64,000 bases of DNA from Bacteroidia bacterium. GTDB lineage: Bacteria > Bacteroidota > Bacteroidia > Bacteroidales > VadinHA17. Made by a program: the position numbers and the translations under genes. The notes below the pieces were generated by a model that saw only the letters and a list, made by a program, of their open reading frames with translations, had not been told where the DNA came from and did not search any database. Below, in pieces: positions 57,400-64,000 of the stretch (position 1 is its first letter; each line of letters opens with the position of its first letter). The DNA lies in the NCBI GenBank assembly GCA_026391215.1, contig JAPLDX010000106.1:1-64000 (forward strand). Direction: 5' to 3'.

Positions 57400-58131
57400 A
57401 TGAGAACTTATATCAGGCGCAGGGAGAAGAATGATCAGCTTGTCGTCTTTTACGGAGGATGGGGTATGGATGAGAATGTCTTTACTCCGTTATGCAATGA
57501 TGAGTTTGATTTTATTCTTTTTTATAACTATTCCGCTAATGAAGCCCTGGTACTTCCGGAGATGAAGGTATATAAGAAAATCACTCTTATCGGATATTCT
57601 CTTGGAGTTTGGGCCGCGGAATATCTTTCATCAAAAACCGGAATAAAGCCTGATGTAACTATAGCTGTTAACGGAACTCCTATACCTGCCGATGACAATT
57701 ACGGCATACCACTTAAGATATTTGAGGGGACACTTAATAATATTACTGAAGCGCACATGGACAAATTCTATTTGAGGATGTTCGGCGACAGGAAGACCTT
57801 CAGAATGAATGCAGACAGAATACCACACAGAACAATCAAGTCGCTTCACGACGAACTTAGATGGCTCTATAACAGAATAATGGAACAAACTGAGCCGGGT
57901 TTCAGATGGGATTATGCTGTATCAAGCGAAAATGACCGTGTTTTTCCGGCAGGTAATGTCAAAAGTTACTGGCAAAAGGAAAAGCTCACACGGCATATTA
58001 TTCTTCCCCTTCCCCATTATTTATTTAATCAATGGAATTCCTTCACTGATTTCATAAGCTATGTGGAGCAGTTCAGAAAGAAAAGGGTTCCAAAAAGGAA
58101 AATACAGGAAGCTGTTCTTAAAGATCTTTGA
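57400..58131 (+). CDS. DUF452 / BioG-like alpha-beta hydrolase (pimeloyl-ACP methyl ester esterase family)
   Basis: FYGGWGMD, GYSLGVW (GxSxG), AVNGT, YGIP, PHY; TATCTTTG -7 element at 57344-57351. Confidence 0.8.
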   Translation: MRTYIRRREKNDQLVVFYGGWGMDENVFTPLCNDEFDFILFYNYSANEALVLPEMKVYKKITLIGYSLGVWAAEYLSSKTGIKPDVTIAVNGTPIPADDNYGIPLKIFEGTLNNITEAHMDKFYLRMFGDRKTFRMNADRIPHRTIKSLHDELRWLYNRIMEQTEPGFRWDYAVSSENDRVFPAGNVKSYWQKEKLTRHIILPLPHYLFNQWNSFTDFISYVEQFRKKRVPKRKIQEAVLKDL

Positions 58132-59461
58132 TCAGGATATTGGAATCGGATTTTGCCATCTGTTTTTCAAATTTCTCAAGCATTGAGACTACCTTTTCGT
58201 AGTCTTTGTTTTTTAAAACTGTCTGTTGTTCAATGCCTTTTTTATCCAGCCGTGACAGTACATAACTTACAGTAAGCTTATTAATATCCAGAGCCGGCTG
58301 GTAGAGCCTTTCAATCGCATCCTTTTCGTGAATTACCGAAACAAGATTAGAACTGCTGAGATCCTTAAGAATGTCACGTGCAAGCCGGACAGGGATTTTC
58401 AGCGTTTTCCCAATATCTTCTGTACTTACAGCTTTTTCTCCTATTGCAAAGTTCCTGATGATCATATTCATGATTAATATAATCAAGGCGCGCTTATGAA
58501 AGTGGCTCACATTCAGCGCTTCAGATTCAGACTCATAACGTGAGATATTCTGATTGGCAAAGGAAAGCTCGGCTCCAAGGAGGACTATAATCCAGCTGGT
58601 CTGTAAGAAAATAATAAACAGGGGTACAGCTGCCAATCCTCCATAGATAGCACTTAGTTTTGTGATCCCAAACTGAAGATCCAGATATACCCATTGTAAA
58701 ATCTTCAGAATTGTACCTGCAATAATGCCTGATATCAGTGCTGGCATAAACTTAACCTTGGCATTTGGCATCACTATAAATAACAGTGTTAGAATGAGCC
58801 AGGTCAGTAAATATGGTGCAAACTTGATTAGAAAGCTTATCACAGGCTTGAAAAAACCTAGTATTGGCGCTTTAGTCATAAACTCGGTCAGATAAGCACT
58901 GATAAATACTGTAATACTGCTTGATATTACGAGAAGTACCGGGGCAATCAGCATAATTGTCAGGTAATCAGTGAATTTCCTGTACCATGCCCTTGGTGAT
59001 GATATCTGCCAGATATGGTTGAATGAGTTTTCGATCTGGCTTAGTAAGGATACAACAGACCAGAAGAGGATTATCACTCCCACCCCGGCAATATAACCGC
59101 CACTTGTATTTTGAACTGTCTGACTTGCTTTCTCAAGCAGCGGTGTCAGGATTTCACTATATGACTGAAAATCCTTTGAGTTTGTTATTATTGACTGCAG
59201 ATTCTGATCAAGCCCAAAACCTTTGGCTATAGCAAATGCTATTGCAATTACAGGAATAATGGACATAAGTGTATAAAATGTCAGAGCGGATGCACGCAAG
59301 TCGACTTTATCCTTCAATGAACTCTTGCCAGCAATGAATAGGATCCTTCCCTGTTTGATCAAAAATGTCTTTCTTTTCGATAATTCGGAAAGCGGAGTGT
59401 GCCAAATTGCATCGTTTACCCTCTTAACCTGCTCCAGAGCCCATGATACAGGATTTGCCAT
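58118..59461 (-). CDS. YihY/BrkB family membrane protein
   Basis: ASALTFYT, IENSFNHIW, YGGLAAVPLF, LLGAELSFA; TATATTTG -7 element at 59483-59476 supports ATG 59461. Confidence 0.88.
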   Translation of the reverse strand: MANPVSWALEQVKRVNDAIWHTPLSELSKRKTFLIKQGRILFIAGKSSLKDKVDLRASALTFYTLMSIIPVIAIAFAIAKGFGLDQNLQSIITNSKDFQSYSEILTPLLEKASQTVQNTSGGYIAGVGVIILFWSVVSLLSQIENSFNHIWQISSPRAWYRKFTDYLTIMLIAPVLLVISSSITVFISAYLTEFMTKAPILGFFKPVISFLIKFAPYLLTWLILTLLFIVMPNAKVKFMPALISGIIAGTILKILQWVYLDLQFGITKLSAIYGGLAAVPLFIIFLQTSWIIVLLGAELSFANQNISRYESESEALNVSHFHKRALIILIMNMIIRNFAIGEKAVSTEDIGKTLKIPVRLARDILKDLSSSNLVSVIHEKDAIERLYQPALDINKLTVSYVLSRLDKKGIEQQTVLKNKDYEKVVSMLEKFEKQMAKSDSNILIKDL

Positions 59462-59544
59462 GGTGTTTGTTTTTTCAAATATACAAAATACACAAGGTGT
59501 ATAAATAAAAATAATTATTATTTTCACTTTGAAGAATAACACTT

Positions 59545-60237
59545 ATGAAGATTGAAATCCTGGAATTTGTAGAGGGGGCAAAAAAAGCTACAGGACTGAC
59601 TGTCATTATTGATGTTTTCAGGGCATTTTCAGTAGCCTGCTATACGTTTGATTCAGGTGCTGTTCGTCTGATAGTTACTTCTGAGGTACAGAAGGCCTTT
59701 GATTTAAAAGCGACATATAAGAATTCTATCCTTACAGGAGAAAGAGGAGAAAGAAAAATTGAGGGATTTGACTTCGGGAACAGTCCGACAGAGATAATTA
59801 AAGCCGATCTTCAAGGGAAAACAGTGATTCAAACGACAACTGCAGGAACAAATGGTTTGATAAAAGCTGAAAATGCCGATATTCTGTTAACTGGGAGCAT
59901 GGTTAATGCAGACGCAATTGTGAAATATATCAAAACTCTGAATCCGTCAAATGTATCCCTGGTAGCAATGGGTTACAGGGCATCTTCTTCTGCTGAAGAG
60001 GATCTAATATGTGCAGAAATGATAAGATCAGAACTTATGGGAACAGATATAAGCTTTGAAAAGAGAATCGCCGAACTACGGTATGGGAGCGGAAGCAGGT
60101 TCTTTGATCCTACAAACCTAAGCTACTCTCCTCCTACTGATTTTTTTCTTTGCACAATGGTTAATAAGTTCAATTTTGTACTGAAAGGAGAAAAAAGGCC
60201 GGACGGGAATATGGATCTGATGAAGATTGATGTATGA
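59545..60237 (+). CDS. comB: 2-phosphosulfolactate phosphatase family protein
   Basis: IDVFRA, GER, FDFGNSP, TTTAGT, EED. Confidence 0.85.
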   Translation: MKIEILEFVEGAKKATGLTVIIDVFRAFSVACYTFDSGAVRLIVTSEVQKAFDLKATYKNSILTGERGERKIEGFDFGNSPTEIIKADLQGKTVIQTTTAGTNGLIKAENADILLTGSMVNADAIVKYIKTLNPSNVSLVAMGYRASSSAEEDLICAEMIRSELMGTDISFEKRIAELRYGSGSRFFDPTNLSYSPPTDFFLCTMVNKFNFVLKGEKRPDGNMDLMKIDV

Positions 60238-60255
60238 CCAGGTATAGATATGTTC

Positions 60256-61212
60256 TTATAGATCTATAGTCCCAGGTAAAAATAAAGGAATAAACTTTCT
60301 TCTGCTGTGAATTTCACGGAAAGCACAGAACATGCAGACTTTATAAAAATTGAACAGCCAGAGAGGCGGATCAGATGAATCAATACGGAGTTCCATTCTT
60401 TCCCTGTAACGTATAAATATAGCGACAAGGATCAGCCTGACCCGGAAAATACGAATCTTGTTATAAATACGAAGCATCCTTACGGTTGAGGAGAAAGTCC
60501 TCTTGTCAGTGACACTGTCATAGAGCCTGCTAAGGTTTTCCAGTCTCAGCTTTGTCTTGTCAAGAAACTCACGGTTTGACTCCAGGCCTTCATGCAAAAG
60601 CCCGTTATCTATATGGAATATGTCAATGTCAGCTTTCTTAAGCTGGTAACTTAACAGGGTGTCCTCATGACCATATTGCTTAAGTTCCTCATTGAAACGC
60701 AGTTTTGAGAAAATAGTCCTGTCTATAAGTACATTAAATGTAGTAAATGCAGCATGTGGATGCTTGTTTCTCTCAAAAGCTTTTCTCTGTTCCCTTTTAA
60801 TTCCGTATTTCCACCTCAGTATCTTTTCAGGATCTCCAGGAGGACTTTCATGATACAGAATACCTCCGGATATAACCCTTGCAGAAGCCATAACCGCTAT
60901 CCAGTTATTCAAATAGGTCTCTGCAGTGGCCGGTATCATGGCATCAGAGTCAATATACAGCAGGAAGTCCCCTTTTGCTTCGAGGGCAAGTTTGTTTCTT
61001 ATAGCAGCTCTCCCGATATTTTTTTCTGAGACAATAACCCTTACTCCATCACCTCTAAGGGACTTATATTTCAAACGATTCTCAGCTGAAGAGCCATCAT
61101 CCCCTATAATTATCTCAAGTAATTCCGGAATTTTGCCGATACAACTCCTCATGCTGCAGACCAATGCCACAATGTCATAATCACAAACCGGAATGAGCAA
61201 GGAAATTGTCAT
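60256..61212 (-). CDS. Glycosyltransferase family 2
   Basis: GDDGS, GRAAIRN, YIDSD, YGHED. Confidence 0.88.
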   Translation of the reverse strand: MTISLLIPVCDYDIVALVCSMRSCIGKIPELLEIIIGDDGSSAENRLKYKSLRGDGVRVIVSEKNIGRAAIRNKLALEAKGDFLLYIDSDAMIPATAETYLNNWIAVMASARVISGGILYHESPPGDPEKILRWKYGIKREQRKAFERNKHPHAAFTTFNVLIDRTIFSKLRFNEELKQYGHEDTLLSYQLKKADIDIFHIDNGLLHEGLESNREFLDKTKLRLENLSRLYDSVTDKRTFSSTVRMLRIYNKIRIFRVRLILVAIFIRYRERMELRIDSSDPPLWLFNFYKVCMFCAFREIHSRRKFIPLFLPGTIDL

Positions 61213-61276
61213 TAGCTACCCATAGAATTAACAGACCAAAAATACAATATATTTCTTTATAATAGAAAGTAATGAA

Positions 61277-61307
61277 TTTGGCAAAGAAATTGTAATGACT
61301 AATTTTG
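61277..61307 (+). promoter_or_regulatory. Bacteroidetes housekeeping-type promoter
   Basis: TTTG (61277-61280), 19-nt spacer, TAATTTTG (61300-61307). Confidence 0.5.
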
Positions 61308-61335
61308 TCTTCAACATTTACTATTAGACAATTAG

Positions 61336-62600
61336 ATGAAAAAGAATATTCCCTTGTTTATCCTGCTTCTTCAGCTGTCGTTACCGGGAGCGGGCCAGCT
61401 TAAAAACAATCACGAGATCTCAATGACAATTTCAGGTCTCAGGGATTCATCAATTTATCTCGCATATCATTTCGGTGATAAACAATATATTAAAGACACT
61501 ATCAAACTGGACAGCCGGGGTCATGGCATATTTTCAGGACCAGAGAGCCTCCCTCATGGTATTTATATGATAGTTCTGCCAGGAAGGCAATATTTTGAGT
61601 TTCTTGCCTCTGATGACCAGCTTTTCTCTCTTACCTGCAGCTATGAGGATTATTACAATACTCTCAAATTCACAGGTTCAGACGAGAATTCAGCTTTCAT
61701 TGAATATCAGAAAAAATGGTCAGCATTGCAACAGCAGGCAATAGGTATTTCGAAGAGACTGCAAACAAACAAACAGAACAGCGATTCCGTGAAGCTTCTT
61801 ATCGAAAAGCAGAAAAAGCAGGAAGAATACATGAAATCCTATCTCAGGAATATCATAGATGCTAATGGTAATAATCTGCTTTCTGTACTGGTTAAATCAA
61901 TGCTTCCGATCGAGGTGCCCGACTTTAAGTAATACAGTACCCCGATTCCATTAACAGGGAGATTGACAAACTGATAGCGAAATGCCAACCAAATTATAAG
62001 GTGTTCCAGTTTGTTTCAGTTTTTCTCTTCAATCATTTCCGCGAGAGCGAGATTATGGGTCATGATGCAGTTATGGTGAAGCTGGCTGATGATATTTACC
62101 TTTCAGGTAAGGCAGACTGGACGACAAAAGAATTCCGGGACGATCTTTCAAGGCAGGTTGAGCTCCTTAGAAATAACCTTATAGGTTTGAAAGCAAAGGA
62201 CCTTGTCATGAATTCTTATAAAGGCACATTTGTTTCTCTTTATGATATAGAAAAGGATTTCACCATACTTTACTTCTGGGAGCCTAACTGCGGGCATTGC
62301 AAGGAAGCCACACCAAAACTGAAAGCTTATTATGAAAAAGCCAGAAATGAGGGTGTTGAAATTTTTGCTGTCTGTACAGTTGATGATAAACCGGCCTGGA
62401 CAAAGTATATTGAAGAGAACGGACTGACATGGATCAATGGCTGGGATCCGGAACGAAAGACGTATTTTGATTTCTATTATAACGTTCAATCCACACCGAT
62501 GATCTACATCCTTGACAGAGATAAAAAAATAATTGCCAAGAAGCTTTCTGTTGATGATATTCCTTCATTTATAGATAATTACAGGAAGTACAACATGTAA
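61336..62600 (+). pseudogene. Split exported TlpA/redoxin protein (N-terminal domain + DUF5106-like + thioredoxin), disrupted near 61926-61932
   Basis: ORF1 61336-61932 has a signal peptide and ends PIEVPDFK*. A second frame is open from 61929 (VIQYPDSINREIDKLI...) through WEPNCGHC to 62600. Confidence 0.7.
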
Positions 62601-62601
62601 T

Positions 62602-63603
62602 TTATTTCTGCAGTACTCTAATCAGTTCATATATTGAATTGAAACTTTCTGTTTTGTCATCACTGGTGAGCAGCCATTTCTGATCAGTATCGTCAGTAAT
62701 ATGAATATAAGGATTGGTAATTGACGAAGACAACTGGTACCCCTCTCTTATTAAAGCTCTTTCGGTCCATTTTCTTATTAAACCTTCACCCCTGACAAAT
62801 ATACTTCCCCTTGATTCTCTGAGAAATGAAAAATTGCCATCGCCGGAACTGAATTGCACAATTGATGATTCGAACAAATGCTCAAAAGCGCCGCTGAGCA
62901 TAAGATCTTCGGGAGCTCCTTCAATAAGGTTATTTTCCAGAATCAGCCATATTTTGTCAGCCTGGTTTACGGCTATATTGAAATCGTGAGTCGAGAATAT
63001 TATTGTCTTGCCATCCCTTGTCAGCTCCCGCATCAGGCTGATGATCTCATATTTACTGGCAATATCAAGAAACGCTGTAGGCTCATCCATTATCATCAGC
63101 TCAGCATCCTGGGCGAGAACCCTTGCTATCATCGCTTTCTGTCGTTCTCCGTCAGAAAGCTCAGAAATGTTCCTCGCTCTCAGGCTAGTCAATCCGGCTC
63201 TGGCAATAGCGTTTTCAATTGCCAGCCTTCCTGAATTATCTATAGTACCAAGCCAGTTTGTATGAGGAAAGCGCCCTAGAGCGACCAAATCGGAAACTCT
63301 CATGTTATTTACTTTAATAACTTCAGTGGATATATATCCGATTTTCCTTGCCAGCACTATTCTTGAATATTCAGAGATATTTTTACCGTTCAGGATCACT
63401 TCTCCTCCAAGTGATGGCTGTAATCCTGCAATAGTCCTCAGCAGCGTGCTTTTCCCGATTCCGTTCCTGCCAATTACCGCAATGAGCTCACTACCGTTTG
63501 ATGATGTGGATAATGGCGGTAATAATTCAGCTGAGTGCTTCCCTTTTGCATAACCAATACTCAGATTGTCAAGAATTAATATTTTGGTCTCGTTTTTCTC
63601 CAT
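62602..63603 (-). CDS. Iron-chelate/cobalamin ABC transporter ATP-binding protein
   Basis: GRNGIGKS, LGRFPH, LSDGERQK, DEPTAFLD. Confidence 0.9.
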   Translation of the reverse strand: MEKNETKILILDNLSIGYAKGKHSAELLPPLSTSSNGSELIAVIGRNGIGKSTLLRTIAGLQPSLGGEVILNGKNISEYSRIVLARKIGYISTEVIKVNNMRVSDLVALGRFPHTNWLGTIDNSGRLAIENAIARAGLTSLRARNISELSDGERQKAMIARVLAQDAELMIMDEPTAFLDIASKYEIISLMRELTRDGKTIIFSTHDFNIAVNQADKIWLILENNLIEGAPEDLMLSGAFEHLFESSIVQFSSGDGNFSFLRESRGSIFVRGEGLIRKWTERALIREGYQLSSSITNPYIHITDDTDQKWLLTSDDKTESFNSIYELIRVLQK

Positions 63604-64000
63604 TAGAATGAACCAGTATCTCTTTTATTTCTGAGTATAATCCATAGAACCACCGGAATTCCTATTAGCGATGTTACCGAATTTACTGGAAGGATATTTA
63701 CAGATCCTGGCAGTTGCGATATAATATCACTGATGAGCATAACAACCCCTCCTGCAATGATAGTTCCCGGTACGAGGATCCTGTGATCCGATGTCCTGAA
63801 CAGATTCCTGGTGATATGAGGAACCGCAATTCCTATGAATCCGATTGGGCCGCAAAAGGCTGTTACGCTTCCGGCAAGTATGCTTGTACAGGTAAAGATC
63901 ACTATTCTTGAAAGACGCAAATTCAGACCTATACTGACTGCATAATTTTCACCCAGCAACAAGGCGTTCAGCATTTTAACTGAAGCCAGGCTTAATATCA
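63603..64000 (-). CDS. FecCD/BtuC family ABC permease, 5' end outside window
   Basis: LNALLLGENYA, GPIGFIGIAVPH, LPVNSVTSLIG. Confidence 0.9.
   Translation of the reverse strand, partial: ILSLASVKMLNALLLGENYAVSIGLNLRLSRIVIFTCTSILAGSVTAFCGPIGFIGIAVPHITRNLFRTSDHRILVPGTIIAGGVVMLISDIISQLPGSVNILPVNSVTSLIGIPVVLWIILRNKRDTGSF

Overview
Gene-dense chromosomal window of roughly 40% GC (estimated by eye), most likely from an anaerobic Bacteroidales-type organism. This is inferred from the bat operon, the TTTG-N19/20-TAnnTTTG promoters and the GH78/rha locus. Recognisable blocks: L-rhamnose utilisation, arfB, MATE, ung, moxR-DUF58-batABCDE, pcm, tRNA-Arg(UCU), comB and the end of a FecCD/BtuCD-type ABC operon. 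No transposase, integrase, CRISPR array or rRNA was seen. The best candidate for an undescribed system is a 17.5-kb, 13-gene operon (1028-18530). It joins a HydBC/NuoEF-type flavin-FeS module whose partner subunit has no catalytic site, a NapG/NapH-like transmembrane FeS pair, five exported or membrane-anchored beta-propellers, a CxxC-bearing GT4 glycosyltransferase and a MacB/FtsX-type ABC transporter. Other uncharacterised modules are kamA + two Ddl-like ATP-grasp ligases + GNAT, a VTC/DUF4956/DUF2490 operon and two tandem LeuC-LeuD fusions. There is also a ~215-nt rod-like (6S-like) ncRNA candidate, a remodelled tRNA copy and a gene split by an internal deletion. All family calls come from reading motifs by eye; no database search was run.
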